Source: an uncultured Chloroflexia bacterium
GTDB taxonomy: Bacteria; Chloroflexota; Anaerolineae; Anaerolineales; Anaerolineaceae
Reading direction: 5' to 3'
Length of the DNA: 32,000 nucleotides
NCBI GenBank assembly: GCA_963704755.1
Contig: OY969938.1
Span: 4,440,001-4,472,000 of the forward strand
In this document: in pieces, positions 15,332 through 23,057 of the stretch
Position numbering within the stretch: the first letter of the stretch is position 1
Layout of the letters: the number at the start of each line of letters is the position of its first letter
The notes under the pieces: generated by a model
Databases searched by the model: none
The model's input: only the letters and a program-made list of their open reading frames with translations
Told to the model about the DNA's origin: nothing
Position numbers and translations under genes: made by a program

Positions 15332-16801
15332 ATGGGATTTCCAATACTGACTGTACTGATCTTCACCCCTTTGATCGCCGGACTGGTATTGCTATTCGTG
15401 CCAGAAAAGCGCCGGGATTGGATCCATGGGATTGGCCTGGCCGCCGGCTTGATCGTGCTGGTCTTATCCCTGGTACTGTTTTTTAGCTATAACACCGCCC
15501 TGGGCGGCTACCAGTTCGTCGAGCAGCAAAACTGGCTGCCCGCGATGGGCATATCCTATTACGTCGGGGTGGATGGGATTAGCCTGCCGCTGGTGCTCAT
15601 GGCGGGGTTTGTGTTGATCGCAGGTGTGCTGGTCTCCTGGAACGTGGAAGACCGGCTGCGCGAGTTTTTCGCTTATTTGATGTTCCTGGGTGTCAGCGTG
15701 CTGGGTGTGTTCTGCTCGCTGGACCTGTTCCTGTTGTTCTTCTTCTTCGAGCTGGCCGTCTTCCCCAAGTACCTGATGATTGTGGTCTGGGGTTCTCCTA
15801 AGACGCGCGAATACGGCAGCATGAAACTGACCCTGTACCTGTTCATTGGGTCGGTGATTGCCCTGGTCGGCGCCCTGGCGATCTACTTTGGTTCGGGGCT
15901 GCATACCTTCGACATGATCGCGCTGGAAAAGGCCGGCTTTAGCCTGGCATTCCAACGCCTTTGGTTCCCGTTTGTGTTCCTTGGATTTGCTATTTTGGGC
16001 GGTATCTTCCCCTTCCACAGTTGGGCTCCGGATGGCCATGTAGCTGCACCGACCGCTATCTCGATGATGCTGGCCGGGGTAGAGATGAAGGTCGGCGCTT
16101 TCGCTGCGCTGCGGGTAGGCATCGAACTGCTGCCGGGTGGGGCGCACTTCTGGGCGCCGCTAATCCTGGTACTGGCCACGATCAATGTGGTTTATGGGGC
16201 GTTCATCGCCCTGGTCCAAACGGATTTCAAGTACGTCATCGGTTTCTCTTCCGTCTCGCACATGGGGCTGGTATTGATCGGCTTTGCCACCCTCAACCGG
16301 GACGGCCTGATCGGCGCCAGCATGCAAATGTTCTCGCATGGCGTAATGACGGCTCTCTTCTTTGCTGTGGTCGGAATGGTTTACGACCGGGCCCACACGC
16401 GTGAGATCAACAGCCTGGGCGGCCTGTTCAAGAAGATGCCCTGGGCAGCGGTCGGCTTCATCGTCGGCGGCCTGGTTTCGATGGGCATGCCGGGCTTTTC
16501 CGGGTTCGTGGCCGAGTTCCCGATCTTTATGGGCGCCTGGCAAACGGCTCCCCTGGTGGCAGTCATCGCCATTCTGGGCGTGATCATCACCGCGGGCTAT
16601 ATTTTACTGGTCGTCCGGCGGGTCTTCTTCGGCGAACTGCCGGAGAGCCTGGCCAAAATCAGCGATGTCTCGATCCGGGATAAGTTCGTCATCGGCACGT
16701 TGTCCGCTGTGATGATCTTGATCGGTTGTTTCCCCTCCCTGCTCGTCCCTATGGTTGAGTCGGGAGTTAAATCTATTCTTGCGATCCTGGGAGGTGCCTA
16801 G
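15332..16801 (+). CDS. Second, divergent NuoM-like antiporter subunit
   Basis: 489 aa. GVDGISLPLVLMAGF, FFFFELAVFPKYLMI, FPFHSWAPDGHVAAPTAISMMLAGVEMKVGAF and GFVAEF place it in the NuoM class, because it has Glu rather than Lys in the TM12 motif. It is clearly diverged from the upstream copy. GAGGTGGAG SD upstream. Confidence 0.88.
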   Translation: MGFPILTVLIFTPLIAGLVLLFVPEKRRDWIHGIGLAAGLIVLVLSLVLFFSYNTALGGYQFVEQQNWLPAMGISYYVGVDGISLPLVLMAGFVLIAGVLVSWNVEDRLREFFAYLMFLGVSVLGVFCSLDLFLLFFFFELAVFPKYLMIVVWGSPKTREYGSMKLTLYLFIGSVIALVGALAIYFGSGLHTFDMIALEKAGFSLAFQRLWFPFVFLGFAILGGIFPFHSWAPDGHVAAPTAISMMLAGVEMKVGAFAALRVGIELLPGGAHFWAPLILVLATINVVYGAFIALVQTDFKYVIGFSSVSHMGLVLIGFATLNRDGLIGASMQMFSHGVMTALFFAVVGMVYDRAHTREINSLGGLFKKMPWAAVGFIVGGLVSMGMPGFSGFVAEFPIFMGAWQTAPLVAVIAILGVIITAGYILLVVRRVFFGELPESLAKISDVSIRDKFVIGTLSAVMILIGCFPSLLVPMVESGVKSILAILGGA

Positions 16802-18270
16802 TGGGTTCCGGGGAATCCTCCAGCGTACTCTTTAGCGCGCTTTTGCCTGAACTTGGGCTGGTCGTGCTGGCTTTGTTCATCGTCGTTTTAGACATTTTCT
16901 GGCGCGATCGCCAGGAACTGCGTAACCGTTGGTATAGCTGGATCACCGCGATCGGCGTGGCTTTGATCGCGGGTCTGGCCATCCTTTTTTCCAATCCGGG
17001 CAGCCAGGCGCAGTTGGTTTGGGGCGATGTGCTCCGTTTCGACCAGGCCGGTTTTGTCTTCCGCTTGATCTTCCTGACCGGGGCAGCTATCACGGCTTTG
17101 TTCGCGGCCCAATTTGAATGGCTGCGCGGGCGGGCTGAGTTTTATATCATGATGCTGGTCAGCACCCTGGGCATGAGCCTGGTAGCTTCGGCGGCTGACC
17201 TGATTCTGCTTTACCTGGCCATCGAGACGACTGCCATCCCGCTATACGTTCTGTCCGGGTTCTTGCTGCGCGACGACCGCTCGGTCGAAGCCGGCATCAA
17301 GTACCTGCTCTTTGGCGCGATGACCTCGGCAGTCATGCTGTATGGCTTTAGCTTGCTGTACGGCTTTAGCGGTACCACCAAGATCTATGACCTGGCGGCG
17401 GCGCTGTCTCAGGGCAATATTGCCCCGTTGACCATCATCCTGCCGATCGGCTTGATCCTGGTTGGGTTCGGGTTCAAGGTCTCGGCGGTGCCGTTCCACT
17501 TCTGGGCCCCGGATGTTTACCAGGGCGCTCCAACCGCAGTGGCCGGCTTCCTTTCGACGGCCTCCAAAGCGGCCGGTTTTATCGCCATTCTGCGCGTACT
17601 GCAGGTGGCTTTCCCGGATGCACAGGTGTATTGGACGATCATGGTGGCCATTTTAGCGACCGCCAGTATGCTGGTTGGCAACTACCTGGCCCTGGCTCAG
17701 AAAGACATCAAGCGGCTGCTGGCGTATTCGTCGATCGCGCATGCCGGTTATATGCTGATCGGCGTGGCAGCCGGCACGGCCTTCGGCGGGCTGGGTGTGA
17801 TCTATTACCTGATGGGGTACCTGGTCACCAACCTGGGCGCTTTCGGCATCGTCTCGCTGGTTGAAAAGCAGACCGGCTCTTCGGACATATCCGCGTTCAA
17901 AGGCCTCAGCCGGCGTTCACCTTACCTGGCGCTGGGCATGCTGGTCTGCCTGCTTTCGCTGGGTGGCATCCCGCCTTTCGCGGGTTTCTTTTCCAAGCTG
18001 CTGGTCTTCGGCGCAGCCATCGATACCGGGATGGTCTGGTTGGCCATCGTGGGTATTTTCAACGCCGTGATCGGCCTTTACTACTACCTGGTGGTATTGA
18101 AAGTGATGTACCTGGACCGCTCCGAAGACGAGAGCCCGATTGCGAAAAGCTCGGTTTCATGGAAGATCGCGATCGGCTTTTGCATGGCCGGGATCATTTT
18201 GCTGGGGGTGTGGTTCGCTCCCTGGTATAACATGGCTCAGGCAGCTTCCACCGCGCTGTGGATGCATTAA
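16801..18270 (+). CDS. nuoN: NADH-quinone oxidoreductase subunit N
   Basis: 489 aa. GFGFKVSAVPFHFWAPDVYQGAPTAVAGFLSTASKAAGF and GIPPFAGFFSKLLVF are NuoN/ND2 signatures. The GTG start overlaps the preceding TAG by 1 nt. Confidence 0.92.
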   Translation: MGSGESSSVLFSALLPELGLVVLALFIVVLDIFWRDRQELRNRWYSWITAIGVALIAGLAILFSNPGSQAQLVWGDVLRFDQAGFVFRLIFLTGAAITALFAAQFEWLRGRAEFYIMMLVSTLGMSLVASAADLILLYLAIETTAIPLYVLSGFLLRDDRSVEAGIKYLLFGAMTSAVMLYGFSLLYGFSGTTKIYDLAAALSQGNIAPLTIILPIGLILVGFGFKVSAVPFHFWAPDVYQGAPTAVAGFLSTASKAAGFIAILRVLQVAFPDAQVYWTIMVAILATASMLVGNYLALAQKDIKRLLAYSSIAHAGYMLIGVAAGTAFGGLGVIYYLMGYLVTNLGAFGIVSLVEKQTGSSDISAFKGLSRRSPYLALGMLVCLLSLGGIPPFAGFFSKLLVFGAAIDTGMVWLAIVGIFNAVIGLYYYLVVLKVMYLDRSEDESPIAKSSVSWKIAIGFCMAGIILLGVWFAPWYNMAQAASTALWMH

Positions 18271-18312
18271 AGGCTTTATACCAGCCAGAAAATCTTGCAC
18301 GATCCTGAAAAC

Positions 18313-18360
18313 AACAAAAAAACACAAGGTGCATTTGAACGCACCTTGTGTTTTTTTGTT
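18313..18360. terminator. Bidirectional intrinsic terminator after nuoN
   Basis: AACAAAAAAACACAAGGTGC (18313-18332) pairs perfectly with GCACCTTGTGTTTTTTTGTT (18341-18360): a 20-bp stem with an 8-nt loop. The A-run / stem / T-run polarity is the classic bidirectional terminator layout. It lies 43 nt after the nuoN stop. Confidence 0.8.
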
Positions 18361-18387
18361 GGAATGGCTCAGCCGGAAAAGCAAGAA

Positions 18388-18444
18388 CCCCGAATTTGAG
18401 GTGATCGCGGAAGCAAAGCTTCCGCGATCACCTCAAATTCGGGG
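18388..18444. terminator. 27-bp perfect hairpin, probable terminator of the convergent ABC operon
   Basis: CCCCGAATTTGAGGTGATCGCGGAAGC (18388-18414), loop AAA, GCTTCCGCGATCACCTCAAATTCGGGG (18418-18444). On the minus strand it sits 22 nt after the permease stop and is followed by UUCUUGCUUUUCC. Confidence 0.55.
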
Positions 18445-18465
18445 ATTGTAATTACGTTTTTGTTT

Positions 18466-20040
18466 TCAGGCATTGACCTGACGCCAGCGCCCGGCCCAGG
18501 CGACGGTCAGCAGTACCGCGGACAGGATTGCATAGATGAGCACATTGTTCATTTGCGTTGCCCCAGGTGTTGTGCCGATGAAATCAAGGACGGTTTGGTG
18601 GTTGATCGGGCCAAGGTACCACCACAGCATGTATACAACCTCGAATAACCGTGACGAGTTGCTCCATACACCGGCTGCCAGGGCCAGGGCGGGGATGAAG
18701 AAGATGGCCACAACCCAAAGAGCGAGACCGCTCCAATTGCCGTGGAATAAGTAATTAAGTCCAGCTCCGGATCCGGTCAATACCGCCAGGCTTACACCGG
18801 CCAGGTAAGCGGCCGGGAACTGGCGCAGCAGCGGGTGAGCCGCCGAAAAGATCATCTCGCCGGTGTTGTGACGACTTTCCAGGCAGCCCATCCCCGACCA
18901 GATCAAGATCGGAAAAATCCAGGCAGCCGGAAGAAGGCCAACGGAAACCGCCTGGGCCGGGCTAAATATGGAAGCCAGGGCGATCCCGGCTGCGATGAGA
19001 TATCCCCACCAGGGCCGTCCGTTGAGTAGGATTCGTACTTCGGCCAGCCATACGGCCAGAAAGGTATTTCGGGGATGGAGCTGCACCCGGCTGAAAATTG
19101 CCCCTATGCGGCTTGCCGGGCTGGCTTTGGCAGTGTTATCGAGCCGGGCTTTAACTTTCTTCAATCGACGAACTCGGGCGGCAGGATCGAAACGCGGGAA
19201 GAAAATCGCCCCAACCAGGGGAAACCCCAGGCTGAGCAGGAACCACCCCAGGCGCGGAAGTATTGTGGATAAGCCCCAGTAAATCCCATCCCAGGGAAAG
19301 GTTTTCAGGGTGAGTTCTGGCGATATCGAAAGAGAAAAGCCACCGGTGTAGGCCGGAAAGGCCGCTTTGGCTGCGGCAGACATTGAAGGAAGCAGCGTGT
19401 TTATGCCAAAAGGATCGCCCAATCCGTGAGTGAAGATCCCGCTTTCGAAGGCCAGCGGGAGCAAGGTAACCCAAAGGATAAAATAGAAGATATTGCCTAA
19501 ACCGCCGCGGGTAAGCGGGATGGCTTCAAAAAAGACGGCCAATGCGCCGGTCAGGGCCATGACCGGCAGAGAAAGAAAGAGCATCGGAGCCAGGAGCGCC
19601 CACAGGTCGAACATGCCGGCCTCTTGCTTGGTCCACTGGATCAAGACCGCAGCAATCGCCAGGATGAGGACCATGACACTCAGAACGGCGAAGTTGCTCA
19701 GCCATTTGCCGATCAAATAGGTGCTCTTCGAGAGGGGTGTTCCGGCGAGTATCTGGCCAACCCCGGTCTGCGAGTCGCGATCGATATTATTCTTAACCAG
19801 GCAAAAACCAAACAGGCTAAGGAAAATATTGACCACCATGCTCATCATACTGCCGGCCCAGGCCGAAGTGAAGACACCCCGGTATGTGTCGAGCCGGAGG
19901 GTTAATATATCGGAATTGACCAGCCATCCCAGGTATACGACCAATCCTAGGGTAACCAGGAAGCTATACTGGCGGGTACGTTCGCGGAAGTCCGCCAAAG
20001 CCACGGCCCGGATGCGATGCAGGCTTTGCGCTCCGTTCAT
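18466..20040 (-). CDS. ABC-2 type transporter permease
   Basis: 524 aa and very hydrophobic, with many predicted TM spans. ATGA start/stop overlap with the upstream ATPase gene indicates translational coupling. Confidence 0.8.
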   Translation of the reverse strand: MNGAQSLHRIRAVALADFRERTRQYSFLVTLGLVVYLGWLVNSDILTLRLDTYRGVFTSAWAGSMMSMVVNIFLSLFGFCLVKNNIDRDSQTGVGQILAGTPLSKSTYLIGKWLSNFAVLSVMVLILAIAAVLIQWTKQEAGMFDLWALLAPMLFLSLPVMALTGALAVFFEAIPLTRGGLGNIFYFILWVTLLPLAFESGIFTHGLGDPFGINTLLPSMSAAAKAAFPAYTGGFSLSISPELTLKTFPWDGIYWGLSTILPRLGWFLLSLGFPLVGAIFFPRFDPAARVRRLKKVKARLDNTAKASPASRIGAIFSRVQLHPRNTFLAVWLAEVRILLNGRPWWGYLIAAGIALASIFSPAQAVSVGLLPAAWIFPILIWSGMGCLESRHNTGEMIFSAAHPLLRQFPAAYLAGVSLAVLTGSGAGLNYLFHGNWSGLALWVVAIFFIPALALAAGVWSNSSRLFEVVYMLWWYLGPINHQTVLDFIGTTPGATQMNNVLIYAILSAVLLTVAWAGRWRQVNA

Positions 20041-20954
20041 GATGGGCTGGCCTGCGAATTGGCAATCAAGAAGAGATAGGCATCTTCCAGGGTAGGTGAA
20101 ACGGCGTTGGCGGCCGGATCGGGCCGGTCCTGGGCAGCGACCCGCACCAACAAGCCCTCTTCACGGCGGATCGAACCGGTGACCAGATGCGATTGTTTGA
20201 GCGCCGGCAGCTTGCCGCTGGGTATGGTCCATTCCCAGACTTTGTCCTTCATTTTTGCCAACAGCGCTTCGGGGAAGGAATGGATCAGCAGGCTGCCTTT
20301 GTTTAGGATGGCGATATCGGTTGCGGTGGCTTCGACATCCGAAACGATGTGCGTGGAAAGAATGACGATACGCTCGCCGGATAAATCGGTGAGCAGGCTG
20401 CGGAAGCGCACTCGTTCTTCCGGGTCCAGGCCGACCGTAGGCTCATCAACGATCAAAATCTGCGGATCATTGAGCAGCGCCTGGGCAATGCCAACTCTTT
20501 GTTTCATCCCGCCCGAATAGCCGCCCAGCGGTCGCTGAGCCGCCTGGGTAAGATTGACGGTTACCAGGACCTCTTCAACTCGTTTGCGCGCCGCGCGACC
20601 GCTTATCCCCTTGATCGCGGCCAGGTATTCGAGGAATTCGATCGCGTTCAGGTGCGGGTAAATGCCAAAATCCTGGGGTAGGTAGCCCATAACGGTGCGA
20701 ATCGTATCCGGCTTTTCGGAGATATCCACCCCGTTCCAGGTGATTTTTCCTTCGGTTGGCCGGGTGATAGTGGCCAACATACGCATCAGCGTGGACTTCC
20801 CGGCCCCATTCGGTCCGAGCAAACCGAGGATGCCGGGCCGGAGTTCGAGGTCGACTCCGCGTAAGCCCCAAACCTCCCCGCGGTAGCGTTTGCCGAGACC
20901 GCACATATCGAGCTTAAGTGAAGGTTTAGGGATGGAATGAATCGCAGACATCAT
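20037..20954 (-). CDS. ABC transporter ATP-binding protein (ABC-2 / DrrA-like exporter type)
   Basis: 305 aa with Walker A GPNGAGKST, Q-loop LPQD, signature YSGGMKQRVGIA, Walker B ILIVDEPTVGLD and H-loop STHIV. Confidence 0.93.
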   Translation of the reverse strand: MMSAIHSIPKPSLKLDMCGLGKRYRGEVWGLRGVDLELRPGILGLLGPNGAGKSTLMRMLATITRPTEGKITWNGVDISEKPDTIRTVMGYLPQDFGIYPHLNAIEFLEYLAAIKGISGRAARKRVEEVLVTVNLTQAAQRPLGGYSGGMKQRVGIAQALLNDPQILIVDEPTVGLDPEERVRFRSLLTDLSGERIVILSTHIVSDVEATATDIAILNKGSLLIHSFPEALLAKMKDKVWEWTIPSGKLPALKQSHLVTGSIRREEGLLVRVAAQDRPDPAANAVSPTLEDAYLFLIANSQASPS

Positions 20955-21145
20955 TTTGGAAGATCCTCATGAAAAGATAATTCCGCGATGAGCGGAAAAG
21001 AAATGGCTTGTGATTAAATTGATCACAGCAAGATGGAAAGATTGATTTCCTGCCCTGAAGGGTAATTATAAATGGGTTTGGCCGGGTTTATGGGAAGGGT
21101 TCCTCCCATTCGGGGTAAGTGGGCCGGGGTGCTTTTTTTCTCCGA

Positions 21146-21206
21146 AATGGTGATTTGGGGTATTTTTGTCAAATTTTGCTTGACAAAAATACCCCAAATC
21201 ACCATT
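21146..21206. repeat. 27-bp perfect inverted repeat in the divergent ABC/murE promoter region
   Basis: AATGGTGATTTGGGGTATTTTTGTCAA (21146-21172), 7-nt loop, TTGACAAAAATACCCCAAATCACCATT (21180-21206). The right arm starts with a perfect TTGACA (21180-21185). ATTAAT lies 18 nt downstream (21204-21209), so this is a possible murE promoter. Confidence 0.7.
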
Positions 21207-21305
21207 AATAGAACTTGCCGGTAGAAACAAGGCCCATGCAATCGCACTGCCCCGCATTATAATTGGAGCCTGGGGTACGCCTTATTTCATTCTGCCCCTC
21301 TGGAG

Positions 21306-22883
21306 ATGTTTTTGGAAACGCGTTCCTTAGCCTTAAATTCATTATTCGCTCAAATTCCTGTCAAGCCGCTTGACCCGGTGCTTATTCCTTCTATTCCTAT
21401 TTCCGGTCTGGCCCTGGATTCGCGCAAGGTCGAACCGGGCGACCTGTTCTTTGCCCTGGTGGGGGACAATACCGACGGGCATAAATACATCCCGGCCGCG
21501 GTTGAGCGTGGCGCGGCGGCGATCGTGGGCACTCGCTCCCCGCGGGAAATCGAAACGGATGTGCCCTATCTGCAGGTCACGGACCTGCGCCTGGCCATGG
21601 CGCACCTTTCGGCCGCATTTTATGACTTTCCCGCCCGTGATCTGACTGTGGTGGGAGTGACCGGCACGGATGGCAAAACTACCACCACCAACCTGATCTA
21701 CGAAATTCTGCGCAGCGCCGGCCTGAAAGCCGGCATTGTATCGACCGTAAATGCGGTCATTGGCAGCGAGGTGATCGACACCGGTTTCCACGTAACGACG
21801 CCTGAGGCGCCGGATATCCAGGATTACCTGGCGCGGATGCGCGCGGCCGGCTTAACTCACGTGGTGCTGGAATCGACCTCGCATGGTCTGGCCCAGGACC
21901 GGGTAGCGGCCTGCGAGTTCGACGTGGGCGTGGTGACCAATATTACCCACGAGCACCTGGATTATCACGGTTCCTATGAGGATTATTTACAGGCCAAGGC
22001 GCGCCTGTTCGGCCATTTGCTCGAAACAGCAGCGAAGCCACAGGGTAACCCGCGCCTGGCCGTTTTGAACCGCGAGGATGGCTCTTATGCAGAGCTGGAT
22101 AAACTGGTCAGCGGACCGCGGGTAACCTATGGCATCCGCAAGGGAGAGGGTTATTGGGTCGAGGATGTCCATTACGACGCCGAAGGTGTCCGCTTCCGGG
22201 CAGTTTTACCGGATGGGAGCCGGTTGGACATCGAGAGCAGCCTGCTGGGCGAATTTAATATTTCCAATATTTTAGCCGCTATGGCGGCCTGTATTAGCGG
22301 GTTGGGTATCGCGGGGGAGGACGTCCGCCGTGGAATTGGCGCGCTAAAAGCGATTCCGGGCCGGATGGAATGGATCGACCTAGGCCAGGATTTCGTGACG
22401 ATCGTCGATTTTGCCCATACACCTAATGCGCTGGTGCGCATTTTGGAAACCGCACGCCAGATGACCAGCGGGCGGGTGATCGCCGTGTTTGGCTCGGCCG
22501 GCCTACGCGACCGCGGCAAACGCCGCCTGATGGCTGCCGAATCCGTCCGCCTGGCCGATTTGTCCATCCTGACGGCCGAAGACCCGCGCAGTGAATCACT
22601 GGAGGATATCCTCGGCGAAATGGCCGAGGCGGCCATTGAACAGGGGGGAGTGGAAGGCGAAAACTTTATGCGCATAGCCGACAGAGGCGCAGCCATCCGC
22701 ACGGCAGTGAAATTGGCCCGGCCCGGCGACCTGGTATTGGCCCTGGGCAAAGGCCACGAGCAGTCCATGTGTTTTGGTGAGACCGAGTACTTGTGGGACG
22801 ACCGGGTGGCCATGCGGGCGGCCCTGGCCGAGCTGCTGGGCATTCAGGGCTACGCCATGCCTTATTTGCCAACTCAGGAATAA
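21306..22883 (+). CDS. murE: UDP-N-acetylmuramoyl-L-alanyl-D-glutamate--diamino acid ligase (MurE)
   Basis: 525 aa with GVTGTDGKTTTT (P-loop), HVTTPEAPD, ESTSHGLAQDRV, TNITHEHLDYHGS and LTAEDPRSE (the DNPR-equivalent region). The start is uncertain: ATG 21306 abuts GGAG with no spacer, and the in-frame TTG at 21312 has better spacing. Confidence 0.9.
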   Translation: MFLETRSLALNSLFAQIPVKPLDPVLIPSIPISGLALDSRKVEPGDLFFALVGDNTDGHKYIPAAVERGAAAIVGTRSPREIETDVPYLQVTDLRLAMAHLSAAFYDFPARDLTVVGVTGTDGKTTTTNLIYEILRSAGLKAGIVSTVNAVIGSEVIDTGFHVTTPEAPDIQDYLARMRAAGLTHVVLESTSHGLAQDRVAACEFDVGVVTNITHEHLDYHGSYEDYLQAKARLFGHLLETAAKPQGNPRLAVLNREDGSYAELDKLVSGPRVTYGIRKGEGYWVEDVHYDAEGVRFRAVLPDGSRLDIESSLLGEFNISNILAAMAACISGLGIAGEDVRRGIGALKAIPGRMEWIDLGQDFVTIVDFAHTPNALVRILETARQMTSGRVIAVFGSAGLRDRGKRRLMAAESVRLADLSILTAEDPRSESLEDILGEMAEAAIEQGGVEGENFMRIADRGAAIRTAVKLARPGDLVLALGKGHEQSMCFGETEYLWDDRVAMRAALAELLGIQGYAMPYLPTQE

Positions 22884-22890
22884 GTTGAGG

Positions 22891-22941
22891 CTGGATTAAA
22901 AATAATCGACGTCCGCAACACGCCGATTATTTTTGATCCAG
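22891..22941. other. AT-rich 18-bp hairpin just after murE
   Basis: CTGGATTAAAAATAATCG (22891-22908) pairs with CGATTATTTTTGATCCAG (22924-22941) with one G-U, around a 15-nt loop. It starts 8 nt after the murE stop. There is no external U-tract, so a terminator function is uncertain. Confidence 0.35.
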
Positions 22942-22980
22942 CTCACCACTAAACTCAGCTTTCAGTGCGACCAAGAAATT

Positions 22981-23028
22981 AGGAATGTTTTTTTCCGCGT
23001 GCGAAGCACGCGAAAAAAAAACATTCCT
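22981..23028. repeat. Near-perfect hairpin with a GCGAAGC apex (copy 1 of a shared-core element)
   Basis: AGGAATGTTTTTTTCCGCGTGC, loop GAA, GCACGCGAAAAAAAAACATTCCT. It lies between the convergent murE and NHL-protein genes. The core TTTTTC(C)GCGTGCGAAGCACGCGAAAAA recurs at 27243-27269. Confidence 0.7.
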
Positions 23029-23057
23029 CTTATCTACGGTAGCTGAGTCATTACCAT

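Noticed and set aside
21023-21257. Two minus-strand ORFs (74 and 63 aa) in the ABC/murE divergent region
   Set aside because: They span the 27-bp palindrome and promoter DNA. There is no SD and the sequences are not protein-like, so they are most likely spurious.
22540-22600. MurE has EDPR where E. coli-type meso-DAP-adding enzymes have DNPR
   Set aside because: The Arg of the motif is retained, and I cannot infer amino-acid specificity (DAP, Lys or Orn) from one substitution without an alignment and structure. Too weak to report as a finding.
22172-22843. A 223-aa minus-strand ORF opposite murE
   Set aside because: It is a Ser/Arg/Ala/Pro-rich antisense shadow. The murE frame has all the Mur ligase motifs.
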